Made by a program: the position numbers and the translations under genes. Positions 50,101-64,000 of a stretch of DNA of 64,000 bases are shown piece after piece (the first letter of the stretch is position 1; each line of letters starts with the position of its first letter). The stretch is from Gnetum montanum (Eukaryota; Plantae; Gnetophyta). The DNA lies in the NCBI GenBank assembly GCA_015680685.1, contig MNCI01002560.1:509920-573919 (forward strand), in the 5' to 3' direction. The notes beneath the pieces are model-generated. The model was given only the letters and a program-made list of their open reading frames with translations, did not search any database and was not told where the DNA came from.

Positions 50101-50570
50101 AGCACTTGTTGACTATCTAGAAGGGGAAGTGTATAGGCTTTCCACTCAGTTGTATATTAACTTTATGTCATTATAGGTGAAAAGTGTAGGAGCCTACATG
50201 AGCATGAAGAAAGAGAGTAGAGGAGGCAAACTCCTTCAGTTCTTGGCTATCATATATTTTTATGTATAGTAGCATGGACTAGATATCCTTGTATGAAACT
50301 CCCTGTACTATACTCTTCTATATAGGATGATGAGGTTTATGTGCTTTTTGTATTTTTGTTAAGTACTGTATAGTTTTCTTTATGTAGAGACATGCATTTT
50401 GATGACATGATATGTATGTTTCATTTTTGGTATGGTAGGAAAGTTTTGTACTATTTGAATTTTCTTGTTAGCATGTATTTTACACATTATTGGTTGTAGT
50501 TGTCATGATTTCATACTAAGATTACTTGATCCTAGGTGTCACCTTACCCTAGCTAGGGCAAGGTGTTACA
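47128..50570 (+). repeat. 5' LTR (~3.4 kb) of a Tekay/Del-like chromovirus
   Basis: TGTAAGACCC...GGTGTTACA termini, followed by a degenerate iMet PBS and gag. Confidence 0.75.
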
Positions 50571-50573
50571 TTG

Positions 50574-50585
50574 TGGTATCGAAGC
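50574..50585 (+). promoter_or_regulatory. Degenerate tRNA-iMet primer-binding site
   Basis: TGGTATCGAAGC versus canonical TGGTATCAGAGC, 3 nt after the LTR end. Confidence 0.7.
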
Positions 50586-50659
50586 TTTTTTACTTCAATG
50601 TTGTATGATGGTGGGGGTACTCACCCATTTGTGTAATTCCAGGATATAGAGATGTATAG

Positions 50660-51974
50660 TAGATGTGGTCATGGTGTTGGTGAGGCCTATAGACCAGAAG
50701 GATCTAATGATGGATAGGAGAAACCTCCTCCAACTTCTAGTAGTGGTCTTGCAAATAGATAGTCAAAGCTTATACAACAATTATTATAGATCCTACAGTA
50801 GCATGTTGTAGCTAGTGATGCTACTACTCTTGTTCCCATGATTAGGGAGGTGGGAAGTGATAGTGGTAGTGGAGGCTCAAGAGAATCAAACAGGTAGCCT
50901 ATTAATAGGAAACTAATGGAGCATTTTTGGAAATTGGAACCTCCAAAATTTGATGGCACTAAGAATTCCATTGTGGCTATAGAATGGTTAGAGGAATTGC
51001 AAAAGGCCTTTGATTTGATGAACTATTCATCAATGTAGTAGACTTGCTTGGTAATTTATGAATTGGGTGGTACTACTTAGTGTTGGTGGATAACTGAAGA
51101 GCTAGCAAAGGGATGGACTAGTCAAGAGGTGGCATGGGATGATTTTTTAGCATCTTTCAGAGGTTGTTATGTGTCTATCCAATATGCACAGGCCAAAGAG
51201 GATGAGTTCTACCTTTTGTATCAGGGTAGTTGGTCTATGGTAGAGTATGATGCCTATTTCTCTAAGCTAAGGAGTTATGTACCCCAAATGTAGATAGATG
51301 CTTGAGCTTGGGTGAACAGGTTTATTCAAGGTCTGAGACCGTATTTGAAGGATCACCTATTACCTCTCAGATTGACTTCCTATGATGAAGCTAGAGTAGT
51401 ATCCATGGATTTAGAGACAAGTCAATCAATGGATATAGCACATAGAGAGAGGCAATAGGGGTAGAGAAGAGGAACAACCTCTAGAGAGAGGCCTGGCTCC
51501 TCTAAAAAAGCTCATGGCCATGGAGGAAAGCATCCAACACTTGCTCACAGTCTTACTATTGGAGTTGGTCATGGAGCTATTGTTTATTATAGATGTGGGT
51601 AGCTTGGTCATTTGCAGAGGTATTGCTAGAGTTATTTTGCATGTGGGCAGTTGGGGCATGAGGCTCAAGAGTGCCCAAAGTAGAGAGGTAGTAGTGGAGG
51701 AGGTAGAGGCTGAGGACAACAACCTCTAGTTTAGGGGGGATGGGGAGCACTAGTTACTTAGCCTAGAGGAGGGCACCAAAGGACTTATGGATGGATGTAT
51801 GCCTTAATAGATTAACCTTTGGACATGTAGCCAAACATAGTGATGAAGATGGGAGGTATGATTTTGGGAATTGCTATGTTAATGTTATTTGATCTTGATG
51901 CTAGCCATTCTTTCATAGATCCTATGATTACACATTATGTAGCTCTTGTATGTTATTCTCTTTCTTTTGGGTTG
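50660..51974 (+). pseudogene. gag: gag and start of protease of the Tekay-like element
   Basis: FWKLEPPKFDG..., two CCHC knuckle remnants (~51585-51680), protease LFDLDASHSFI; interrupted at 51975. Confidence 0.85.
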
Positions 51975-54900
51975 TGTTGGCGACCGTTTGGGACGTGACC
52001 GCCAACGAGTGTCCTCGAATAGGATTTTGGTGCCTACTGGTCTCTAGCAACACCAAGGCCCAGATACCTCCAAATAAACTCAGTAGTTAATGTGAGTATG
52101 TTTGTATGCTATTGCGGTGTGTGGTTGTGAGAAATGTAACGATTGCATTGTGTAACCTACAAATGAATTACTTTAAAGAGATTCAACCAACTTTGCCAAG
52201 TACTGTGAGTTGTTGAAAATTTCCTATTTTGTTCAACTACCTAGTCTATGAGGTCCTTATAATACCTACTTGTAACAAATAAAATTTTGCAAAAACATTT
52301 GAGCACAAATCTGCAATCTACTCCTAATTTTCCCCAGAGAAAGAGATAGTTCCACAAGAAAACTAGAAATAGAGCAAGATTCGATGGAAATAAGCAGAAA
52401 AGAAAAGAAAGCAGATTTGTGTAGACCTCAAATATTTAAACAAGGTAAAATGACACGAGTAAACACTTCGCAATAAAGCTATCCCAAATTCAATATCTAC
52501 CAATTTTTCAAACTTCCAAGGCTCAAACAAGCAATATCTTCAAGACAATCCTACTATGCTACCAAAAATTGCTGCATAAACTACCACGTACGAGACTCCA
52601 TTTTGACTAGATAATAGATGTCAACGATTGCATTCAAATAGAACCTTTAAAAGACTTGACAATTTCTGATTGAAATACCACAAGAATTCACTTTAAAGAT
52701 AAAAAGAAGCTATTCTGGTCCCATCAAAATACCAAAGATTTTCTGAACCCTCTCGACTACTGAATTGTTCAACGGCGTGACTATAAACAGAGGCTCTCTT
52801 ACAACAATCCCAATAAAAGTTACCACATGTTGCACAATAACAAAATTTACTACTAAAATGCTCTTAAGGCTTTTAAACCCAAGCACTTCTATGGCAAAAT
52901 TTTTATAGAAATTTCTATCGGGCAACAAGAACAATAAGAGCAATCTAGAAGTCCCAAAATTACTTGCCAAGGATGATACTATCTAAACCACTACCTAAAC
53001 AATTTAAACAAAACAAAAAATGAAATGCATAACTCACAGGACCATGACAAAGAGGATGCAATCTTTACTCTAGCAAGCCATCTTGCAAGAAATCGTTCAC
53101 AATTTCTTCTTTACAAAGCTCTTCTCAAGACCTCAAGTGTGTCTCCAAGTGAGAGCCCAAGTGCTAACTAGTAGCCTTCCAAAGTGTGATCTAAAAGTGT
53201 GATGTATGAGACCCCAATGTTGATTATATGTCCTAATGTTATGTGAAGTCCCAATAGCTTTCTTGAATCTGATTTGATTTAACCATAATGCTGATTGTAA
53301 ATAATCAATCCAATTTCTTGGGTTCCCATCCATAGATTTCTTGATATAAGAAATAAGCTTTTTATTGGTAGATTCTGCTAGGCCATTTCCTTGAGGATGA
53401 TAATTTGATGAGGAAAATAAGAAAATGGATTTTGCAGATGCCCATCTGATAAACTCTTCAGATTTGAAGGCGGGTCCATTGTCTGACACTAACACTTTGG
53501 GTAGACTGAATCTACTTAGAATGTGGTCTTCTAGGAACTTAATCACATTTGATGTTGAACTTCCTCTTAGAGCCTTTGATTCAGACCATTTAGTGAAATA
53601 ATTAGTAGCTGTGAGACTAAACTTGTGTCCAGCTCTTGAAGGAGTAATTGTACCAATAAAATCCAAACCCCATTGCTAAAATGGTCTATCTGCAACTATT
53701 GGTTTTAAAGGGGCTCTAGCCCTTTTAATCTTAGGCCCATGAACTTGACATTTATAACATCTTTGAATCTTTGAACTAATGTCTTGATACATGGAAGGCC
53801 AGTAATATCTCTATCGAAGTATATGTTGCATAGTTGATTTATGGGATTCATAAAATAGATTCAAATGATCATGAAATTGTTCCAAGATGAAACTAATTTG
53901 ATCATTATGAACACATTCCAATAAAACTCCTTAAAAATTCTTTCTGTATAATATACCATCTTTAACAAAAAATCTTCGTGCTCTTTTGAAGTTGACTTGC
54001 AGTTAAATTATTTGGTATTTTCCTAATAGTAAGAAATTTGAGAATATCATCATACCAATTCTCTTCATGTGTGTCAAGTGTATAAACTTCACTTTCTTTA
54101 GTCATTAACTTGGCTAGTCCCATTCCCTTAATTGTCTTGCATATTTCCAATGAAAATCTGAAACTTTGCAACTTAATAAGCCATTTTCCTCTTTTCAATC
54201 CAATCTCATTTTGGGATAGGAATCGCTTGACTGCAGGTTCCATTGGCATAATGTGAACTAATGAACTCTCCAAATAATATTTAAAATGCTGAAGTGCTTT
54301 GATGACTGCGAAAGCTTGTTTCTCTAAGTCTGAGTAATTTAACTCTGAACCTTTCAACTAACACCCAAAAAATCCAATTGGTTCATCTTGACCTTCACTA
54401 TCCTTTTGTGTTAAAACAGTAGTGATAGAATCATTTGAAGTAAATGAGTATAACCAAAAATCTTATTTAAGTCTAGGCTTTACCAAATATGGAGCCTCTT
54501 GTATAGCTGTTTTAATTTCTGATAACGCTCTTTCTGACTCTGATGTTTTCTCTACTTGGATATCCTTTTTAAGCATACACATCAAAGGTTTAGTAATTTC
54601 GATAAATCCGGGGATGAACTTTTTCACAAAGTTTATCTTCCCAAAGAATGATCTAAGAGATTTCTTACTTATGGGATGCTCAATATTCTGTACTGCTTGA
54701 ATTCAGGAATTGTCTATGGAAATTCCTTCTTGACATATCACGTGTCCTAATAAACTTCTGGATTTAACCTTGAAGATACACTTCTTAGGATTTAATGAAA
54801 TACTAAATTCATGACATCTGTCAAAAACTTGCTAGAGATGATTAATATGATCTTCTTTCTTCTTTGAGAATATCGTAATATTGTCCAAATAAACCATCAC

Positions 54901-57900
54901 GAATTTGCCTAATAAATCCTTAAATGCTAAATCCATTGCTCTTTGAAAAGTAGCTCCAGCATTTGACAATCCGAATGGCATTCTTTGGTAGGCAAAAGTT
55001 CCCCATTTGGTGATAAATGATGTTTTGTATCTATCATTCTTATCTACGACGATTTGATTATAACCTGAGAAACCATCTAAGAAAGAATATGCTTGACAAC
55101 CTGAGACTTTAATCAGCATCTCATCAATTCTTGGAAGTGGATACTTATCCTTTTTTGAGGCATCATTCAGATTTCTAAAGTCTACACAAAGTCTTATATC
55201 ACCATTTTTCTTTCTTACTGGAACAAGGTTAGCAAGCCATGTCGAATATCGTACTGGATATATGATTTGTGCTTGCAACAACTTCTTGATTTCGGCTTCC
55301 ATAGTTGGTTCAAATGATGGATTAAACTTCCTTTGTTTTTGCTTGACTGTTTTGCAACCTTCTATTAAAGGAATCTTATGTGTCATCACATCTTGCCTAA
55401 AAGCTTTAAGATCATCATAAGACCAAGCAAAATTGTCCAAATTATTTCTTAGACATGTTAACAAGTCTTGCTTGAAACTCGAATCTCTTTCCTTTGTAAC
55501 ATTTAACATTTTTGGCATCTTGTCTAATCCAAAATTCACTACCTCGAAAGCTTGACTATCTGGGTTTTGTATATCCTTTCCAGTAAGTAAATTTTTCTTG
55601 AACTCATGCTCCAAGTCAATCATCCTTTTTGGAATGAAATTAGCTTTGGAATTTGATGACGTTTCAGGTATCACTTGACCCTCAAATTCTTGTTTATTTT
55701 TCATAAATCTTAGTACTTGATCGTCATCTTCAAATACTTGTAAATGTCTTATATTATCAGGTACTGATGGCTGATGTTCTCCTTCAATCTCGACATCCTT
55801 GTAATTTTCTAATATTTGCATATCCAATGTTGAAGCTGCCCTTGCCAAATTGTTTGCTATAAGATTCTTTGCTCTATTTATATGCTTTATTTGGAAATGT
55901 TGAAACTGGTCTAACATCTTATAAGCAAGTTGCCTTTAAGGTCTTAATAATGAGCTCTTTACGACACAGTTACCATTTACTTGTTCACAGACTAATCTTG
56001 AGTCTCCCTTAATAGTGATTTCTTTGATATTTTTGTCTAGAGCTATTCTCATACCAATACATAAAGCTTCATACTCAGCCTTGTTGTTAGTACAAGGGAA
56101 AGATAAGTGATTACTTTGAGAATTTCAGGTGAATCATTCTTGAATATAACTATTCCAACTCCTGCACCCTTTGAATTAGATGAACCATCAAAGTATAACT
56201 CCCATTTATCTTCATTCTTTGATTGTTCTATTTTAGGACTACAACTTTCTTGGAGTGTACAAATTTTGTTTTCAACACCTCCTTTTTCAGCCATTTTACT
56301 TCGTCCATTTGANNNNNNNNNNNNNNNNNNNNNNNNNNNNNNNNNNNNNNNNNNNNNNNNNNNNNNNNNNNNNNNNNNNNNNNNNNNNNNNNNNNNNNNN
56401 NNNNNNNNNNNNNNNNNNNNNNNNNNNNNNNNNNNNNNNNNNNNNNNNNNNNNNNNNNNNNNNNNNNNNNNNNNNNNNNNNNNNNNNNNNNNNNNNNNNN
56501 NNNNNNNNNNNNNNNNNNNNNNNNNNNNNNNNNNNNNNNNNNNNNNNNNNNNNNNNNNNNNNNNNNNNNNNNNNNNNNNNNNNNNNNNNNNNNNNNNNNN
56601 NNNNNNNNNNNNNNNNNNNNNNNNNNNNNNNNNNNNNNNNNNNNNNNNNNNNNNNNNNNNNNNNNNNNNNNNNNNNNNNNNNNNNNNNNNNNNNNNNNNN
56701 NNNNNNNNNNNNNNNNNNNNNNNNNNNNNNNNNNNNNNNNNNNNNNNNNNNNNNNNNNNNNNNNNNNNNNNNNNNNNNNNNNNNNNNNNNNNNNNNNNNN
56801 NNNNNNNNNNNNNNNNNNNNNNNNNNNNNNNNNNNNNNNNNNNNNNNNNNNNNNNNNNNNNNNNNNNNNNNNNNNNNNNNNNNNNNNNNNNNNNNNNNNN
56901 NNNNNNNNNNNNNNNNNNNNNNNNNNNNNNNNNNNNNNNNNNNNNNNNNNNNNNNNNNNNNNNNNNNNNNNNNNNNNNNNNNNNNNNNNNNNNNNNNNNN
57001 NNNNNNNNNNNNNNNNNNNNNNNNNNNNNNNNNNNNNNNNNNNNNNNNNNNNNNNNNNNNNNNNNNNNNNNNNNNNNNNNNNNNNNNNNNNNNNNNNNNT
57101 TCTACTAACTTACTATCTTGATGTTTATGCTTTCTATTTTTCCTTTCTTCCTTGATACTAACTCTTGCCAAAGCTTTTTCAAGCTTCACTATTTTGTTAG
57201 ACATATCTCTCTTTAATTGTCCTTTTTCAGATCCTACTCTTTCATGTTCTTGCTCTTTCTTAATGTGAGATGGACCCGGTAAAGCTTTAAATTGAGTAAA
57301 ATCTTGCATAGGGATCATAACTCTTTCTTCTATTTTTGGAATCACAATATTTTCCTCAGGATTCAAGTTCAACTATTTCTCTAACTGGATAGCTTCACTG
57401 AAGTAGTCATTTAGTATAGTCATGTTTGGAGTTCTCCTTAACCAAATCAAAATGTTGGGGTTGACAACCTTAAGGTAAGTTTCCTTAAGCATTTCTTCTG
57501 ATGGCCTATATTGCCTTTGAAAGAGCCCACAAATTTGTTGAAACTTAATGTTAAAATCTCTAATTGACTCTTTAACTCCTTGCTTAGCTTGTATCAATCC
57601 ACAATATAGCTGTTGTTGATCTAATTGATTACCAAACTAGGCCAAGAAAAGATTCTTCATGTCATCCCAACTTGTAATTCTATTACTTGGTAAGTTTGAA
57701 TACCAAATCTGAGCCATATCCTTTAGATTTGATACAAACAACCNNNNNNNNNNNNNNNNNNNNNNNNNNNNNNNNNNNNNNNNNNNNNNNNNNNNNNNNN
57801 NNNNNNNNNNNNNNNNNNNNNNNNNNNNNNNNNNNNNNNNNNNNNNNNNNNNNNNNNNNNNNNNNNNNNNNNNNNNNNNNNNNNNNNNNNNNNNNNNNNN

Positions 57901-58623
57901 NNNNNNNNNNNNNNNNNNNNNNNNNNNNNNNNNNNNNNNNNNNNNNNNNNNNNNNNNNNNNNNNNNNNNNNNNNNNNNNNNNNNNNNNNNNNNNNNNNNN
58001 NNNNNNNNNNNNNNNNNNNNNNNNNNNNNNNNNNNNNNNNNNNNNNNNNNNNNNNNNNNNNNNNNNNNNNNNNNNNNNNNNNNNNNNNNNNNNNNNNNNN
58101 NNNNNNNNNNNNNNNNNNNNNNNNNNNNNNNNNNNNNNNNNNNNNNNNNNNNNNNNNNNNNNNNNNNNNNNNNNNNNNNNNNNNNNNNNNNNNNNNNNNN
58201 NNNNNNNNNNNNNNNNNNNNNNNNNNNNNNNNNNNNNNNNNNNNNNNNNNNNNNNNNNNNNNNNNNNNNNNNNNNNNNNNNNNNNNNNNNNNNNNNNNNN
58301 NNNNNNNNNNNNNNNNNNNNNNNNNNNNNNNNNNNNNNNNNNNNNNNNNNNNNNNNNNNNNNNNNNNNNNNNNNNNNNNNNNNNNNNNNNNNNNAGATAG
58401 TTCCACAAGAAAACTAGAAATAGAGCAAGATTCGATGGAAATAAGCAGAAAAGAAAAGAAAGCAGATTTGTGTAGACCTCAAATATTTAAACAAGGTAAA
58501 ATGACACGAGTAAACACTTCACAATAAAGCTATCCCAAATTCAATATCTACGAATTTTTCAAACTTCCAAGGCTCAAACAAGCAATATCTTCAAGACAAT
58601 CCTACTATGCTACCAAAAATTGC
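51975..58623 (-). mobile_element. Element E: Tat-clade gypsy element with gag-(gap)-aRH-RT-RH-INT order, nested in the Tekay-like protease
   Basis: Starts TGTTGG at 51975; ~52345-52572 is repeated at 58395-58623 (second LTR fragment); pol ORF fragments lie between. Confidence 0.85.
53240..57740 (-). pseudogene. pol: gag-pol of element E (stops, frameshifts, N gaps)
   Basis: gag IQAKQGVKESIRDFNIKF; aRH WELYFDGSSNSKGAGVG...KHINRAKNLIANNLA; RT LCVDFRNLN, FLDGFSGYNQI, YLDN (catalytic D lost); RH NYSDLEKQAFAV; INT DFIG...SDNG...GLAESTNK, truncated after KAIGTS. Confidence 0.93.
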
Positions 58624-58687
58624 CTTTCGGATTGTCAAATGCTGGAGCTACTTTTCAAAGAGCAATGGATTTAGCATTTAAGGATTT

Positions 58688-59355
58688 ATTTTTGTGCTGG
58701 ATTAGTGTATATGATTATGTGATGTGGTTATGTGGGATAGATAGCTCATGAATTGATCTTGGACATGTTATTTTGTCTATTTTCCCAAAATTTTCCGATT
58801 TTGGTTATAGATTATCAATGAATATATATGCAATGTATGGGATGATGTGGATGTGTGGACTATAATATGTTATGTTGATGAGCCTCATATGGTATGATAT
58901 TTTTGGGGCCTCTTGGGGTGCTAGAATTTTCTTTTGGGGTTTTCAAATATTATTTAAAATTATTTTATTAATCAAAATCTTGATGCACATAACTTTGCTT
59001 TTAGAAGTTTCGATTTAGGTAAAATTAGTGATGTTGGAATTGCCTTGGGAAGTACTTTGTAATCACGAAATTAGTTTAATATTTGGGTATATCTCATTTT
59101 TAAGGTTATTATAGTGATCATTTGTATCGAAGTATGTTTCTTTAAAGAACTTTGGTATTGTTTTCATGAGAGGTGGATCTATGTGATTATGTTTGTTTGA
59201 GTGTGTTGTGCTTATGACATGTGTTGGCTTAAGCTAGCCAGAATATGTATATATTTTCATAATGACACTTGTGATAGTTGTTGGTGGGTGGTGCTAGCAT
59301 GAGGGTGTGGATCGGTTGGTGATAAGGCATCCTAAAGGTAGTATGGATTAACCCA
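58688..59355 (+). repeat. Fragment of the second LTR of the Tekay-like element
   Basis: Aligns to 48843-49560. Confidence 0.85.
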
Positions 59356-59500
59356 CACTATGAGCTTTTTACACAACCTAATTTAAATAAACACCTTAGA
59401 GCTTGTTACACAACCTAATTTTACTTCCAATTAGATAATTTTTCTAAATTTTCCAAGTAAGGCCAAATGATCATAATGCTTTTATTTTGCTTTATGCAAG

Positions 59501-62500
59501 GTTTATCTAAAATCCATCATGATCAATGTGGAGTCAGTGGGTATCTTTTGCTATATTGATCATCCTAAGACCAATACCCCATTTCTTGATATGGCTTTAG
59601 GAAGCTATCATTGTGGTTCTAGCCTGGGACAAGGGAACTTCTTGCTTATATCTTAAAGAAATTAGTGTGATGCTATCATCACACATGTATGCAAATTTCT
59701 CAAGGATTATAGTGAAGACTCTGCTACCTCAAGCATCCAATATAATTGTTAGATTTATTTCTAACAAGTTGCCTCCTAGGATAGCAGGGTGATCAATAGA
59801 TGCCATTAGCCCATGTTACCTCCCAGAGATCTAGATGATGCTAGAGTATAGATAATATAATGTTGAAAATACTCATATGGTAGCACATAGAGCCCACACA
59901 TTCCTCCAAAACCCACCTAGCACCATGTATCTTCTATAGGCGTAAGCATGGCTTTTATAATTTTTTATGCTTTTGGCTTAACTATCTTCCTAACTTCATC
60001 GATTTTACAAACTTCTTGTAGGTACAAGGTTAATGATCAAGGCTTGATCATCAATGATCAAATCTTGGTAGTAACACAAATTACTTTGGATAAATTCACC
60101 AAGAGTCCTTAGAGAAAAATTGTAGTGTATCAATAGGTAAGAGGGTACTTTGATGCATACAGCTCAAGGTTCAACCTTGTATATAAGAAGTGTAAAGATG
60201 ATGGAATGATGCATAACTAGTGGATAGATTCTAACAACTCTATGGATTAGACCCTTATAGCTAGGACCTCCACATTGAAGAAGAAAATGAAAGGTAAACA
60301 TAGAGGCTATAACTTCTAGTGTTTTAGGGCTATAACTTTGAGTGTTCTATTACTTTTATTGATTATTAGATTTGATTATGTTAATGCTAAACTTTGGTTA
60401 TTACTTTGTAGTACCTTCCACCTCTACTAATGTCACCATACTACTTTTACCAACACATCATGAGGATACCCTCATCTTGAAGTTTAGTAAGGTAACACTA
60501 GCATAGGAGTGGCTACGGGGGAAAATGCATAGATATGTTTAGGCAAACAACTAGTATGCAGGTTTAAGTGATGTATTTATGGCACCTATCCCTTCCATTC
60601 CTATTATGAAGATGTAGTATGTCATTGACTCCTTCAATGAGAAGGTTGGTCATTTTAACACCATCGTCTAAGGTGTGAAGGTGAATATGGACATTGGTGT
60701 GGGCCTCTTTTGCAACTTGTTTGGTTTCCTTGGTGACAAAGCAAAGGTTCCTACTAGGATAGTAAGGAAAACTAGCCATCATGATGAATTTTTGGAGTGT
60801 CTTGGTGCCAACATGGGCCACTTTGAAATTTCCATGAATAGCTTCAGGAACCTTGATGTGAAGGAATCATATCCTTTGTTCAAGTATACTGTGTTTCCCA
60901 TACTATTATCACAAAATAAGGTAATCGACATAGCATAGGGATGAACCTTTAAGAATGTTCTAATGGAGGACACTAGATTTGACTAGGTGGCTACTTTGGC
61001 TACTGGGCTTTAAGAGGAGATTCTTAGACTTTTTGTTGATACCTTTACAATAATCCATATGCACTTTACATTTTTTTTGGATTTTGAGAAACTCAAGCTA
61101 GCTTTCTAAAATTTGGATAAAGTACATTAATCCAATGGTGTAGATTTAGAACCCACTAAAGGAGATGGATGATACATTATCCATTACCACTAAGAATCTT
61201 GATGTTAGGTAGTGTGAATCTCTTGATAGTAGTGATAATGATGAGCCTCTCATGTTTCCCACTAGTGTCCTAAATATGATGTATGGAAGCTAAAGTGGCA
61301 ACTAGAAAGAAACTCAAGAGGCTTATGGAGGAGGCACCTCTAACATCATACTATTCTACCCTGATGAAGATCAAGTTTAGGCTTACATCATTGTAGTCTG
61401 TAGTCATAGGTAAGTTTTATCTATACGTGGTTATTTTAAGGTTTTATGGCTATGTTGTGATTTCATGTGTTAATTTGTTTTTCATGATTTATATTTGTAG
61501 GTAAGTGATAGGTCATGGCAACCCAAGTTATCATAGAATAGGAATAAATGTGTGTGGAGGAGGTACTTTCATAGCCTAAGGTGAACATCAATAGTTTAGA
61601 TACCTTGTTTGGTGAGGTAGTGTTGGGCACATCTCCCATCATCATCCTAGAAGAGGAAGAGGAGGAGGAGCCAGGTATGGCCATGCCTCAATGTTTTTAT
61701 TTTATCTTATTGTTTATCTTTTATTTTCATCCTAATTCTTCAATGATTCTTATGCTTATAGTAGTTCTTGAGCCACCATGGAAAGCTTCCATCCCTAATT
61801 TTCATGTGAAACCATGGGTAGAGACTCCACATAAAATGGAGTTCATGCATGGCATAGTTAAAGACATCATCAATCCGTTGTACTAGGTTTGTTCCTTTAG
61901 TTATAAGTTATGCTTGTGTTATGGCTACCTTAGGTTATGCATTAAGTTTATGATTATATTTTATGCTTGTGTAGTACCTTTTGTGAAGTGGGACTATAGC
62001 AGAGACATGGAGGTAGACCTATTGCCTAAGCTTCCCTCTAATGTATCTAGTATACCCTTGAAGTTATACAAGAATGCTACTGATCTACTAATGTCATGTA
62101 CAAAAACTTCATGGAAGATAGAGAGGTCTAAAAAATCCCTATGAGAGGAAGTTGTGGCCATAAGGGAAAAGACTCAATGGTAGGAGGAGATGATTAGAGA
62201 TCTTTGAAACTAGAAGGCCTTTTTATAGGCCCAAGTGACCAACTTGGGAGAGTTTTGGACTAGGGAGATCACATGGATCTACTACTAACATGTCATTTAG
62301 GACAAAGTAGTGATCCTATAAGAGATGGCGGAACAATGTATGAAAATGAACCTCATCTCTCAAAATGTTGAGGATTGGAAGGATTACTACACTTGGGACC
62401 TATAGTGGGGGTATGAAATAAGAGGCTAATAAGTGATAGTATAAGGTAGATCATGGGGCCTACCTTATGTTGCTCAAGAAGGAGTTAATTGAATAGCATA

Positions 62501-62948
62501 GAAGAGACTTGTTCATTTGGGGGATCTAAGAAGAGAGTACTTATTAAATTTTCAAAAGTACCCTCATAGTGAAGCAATCCCATACTAGGATTACCTCTAC
62601 TCCAAGCAAGACCTTCATAGCTATTGCTACCTGGGAGACTCCTAATTGGAATCCTATAGATACAACTAGCATCCTCTTTGGCATTGATCTTAAGGATGAT
62701 GACTAGGTCAACATGATGGAGGAATAGATCCTCCATCATTAGGAGGAAGGCTTTCCACTTCTACCCCAAGAAATCATGGAGTTAGAATCTCCATAGGTTA
62801 GATGTATTTTATGATTTAGTTTCTGACTTATGGTTTTGATTTTGGCTATTGGTTGCTAACTGGCTATATGTTGTTGCATTTTAGGCTTCAAAAATAATTG
62901 ATGGCCCCAATGGTAAAGGTGGGAATGACCCACCATTTCCTCCCTTAG
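59501..62948 (+). pseudogene. Element D: second copy of the multi-exon antisense accessory gene
   Basis: PWVETP, VP..WD...M.VD..P.LP.N...P..LY..AT and F..LFG blocks plus splice sites shared with 19513-23220. Confidence 0.75.
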
Positions 62949-63361
62949 ATGCTACTTAGCAACCTCCATTAGCTTTTCTTATTGGCTATTTGTTTTTATT
63001 TCCATGTTGATGGCTATGATTAACCAAGACTGTTATAGATGGTTATTATTCTTTGATATTTTTTCCATAAAATGTGGCCATGGCTTATGTATGTTATGGA
63101 CATTTTAAAATTAAATTTTAGTTTTATTTTTGGCTATATGTATCTATAGTTGTAGTAAACATTGTGAATGTTGTAAACATTATGAATGTTAAGAATGACT
63201 ATGTTAATAGTTTGGTTATAAAATCAATGTGATAAAAGGCTAAACAAAAAGAAATATAATGAAAGGTATTTTTGGTAGTTTTAGCCCATCATGGGCATAG
63301 GTTATATTATGTTTTATGATTGTGGCTACATTGCTAGTTTAAGGCCATGGTGGGCCATATT

Positions 63362-63475
63362 ACCAGTTTGAACTCTTAGTAGACTACAACACTAGTTTAG
63401 AGTCTTAGTGGATTGTGGTGCCAGTTTAGAGTCTTAGCGGATTGTGGTGCTAGTTTAGAGTCTTAGTAGACTGTG
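63362..63475. repeat. 29-bp tandem repeat (YAGTTTAGAGTCTTAGYRGAYTRYRRYRC)
   Basis: About 4 tandem copies directly visible. Confidence 0.85.
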
Positions 63476-63739
63476 TTGTGTGATTATCTTTGCTAGTTTA
63501 AGGCCATGGTTTTCCATGATGCTAGTTTAAGGTCTTAGCAAACTAGATATGAAAAATAAGTATATTAATAAGGTTTTTTCAATGTTTATAACATAAGTAA
63601 AAATAAATAAAGGTTTTAACAAATAGGTAAAAATGAAAATGAATTTAGGCTACATTCATTAAGAGTAAAACAAAAAATTACATAAAAAGATATAATAAAC
63701 TGCAAAAGAAAAGTAAGGCTACAAGGATATTTCTACATT

Positions 63740-64000
63740 TAGTCATAGGGGCATGGGATGGGGAAGGTTAAGGTGAACTTAACTTGTACAAATTCTTCCT
63801 AATCTTTGCAAGATTAGGGAGTGAGTAAGGCCTACATTACACAAGCTCATAGTTTCCATTTCCTTAGCTTATGATGTTAAAGGTAGTACATCCCATAATG
63901 CATCCCATTACTTATTATTATCATCATTGGGTTTCTTGGGTTGTTGTTCTTCATGGTTTGGATCTTCTTCTTGAAGCTTTACTTTGAACTCCTACTCTAT
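63740..64000 (-). pseudogene. 3' tail of gag-protease of element D
   Basis: 63790-63930 aligns with 31890-32025 (taatctttg..agatt, catttcctt..ctta..atgtt.aagg). Confidence 0.6.

Noticed and set aside
56107-58408. Long ORFs of 227-358 aa
   Set aside because: Mostly X residues from assembly gaps.

Overview
Heterochromatic, retrotransposon-packed DNA from a large, heavily methylated plant genome (strong CpG/CHG decay, several N gaps). No host gene is evident. (1) A young Athila-type Ty3/gypsy LTR element lies on the minus strand at 23299-31260, with a GCTAG target-site duplication, near-identical LTRs and a tRNA-Asp PBS. It has one intact 1114-aa Gag-protease ORF and no RT/RNaseH/integrase. Each LTR carries four copies of a covarying, apparently undescribed structured-RNA module and a CpG-palindrome array next to the TATA box. 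(2) There are four decayed copies (A-D) of a giant Tat/Ogre-like family. In it, gag-protease is separated from RT-RH-aRH-INT by about 10 kb holding an antisense, about 7-exon accessory gene and a ~190-bp-period array of subfamily-specific motifs that recur in the same element's LTR. (3) A Tekay/Del-like chromovirus remnant is interrupted by a Tat element with aRH upstream of RT, and a 70-bp templated filler marks a deletion junction. All alignments were done by eye, and coordinates in decayed regions are approximate.
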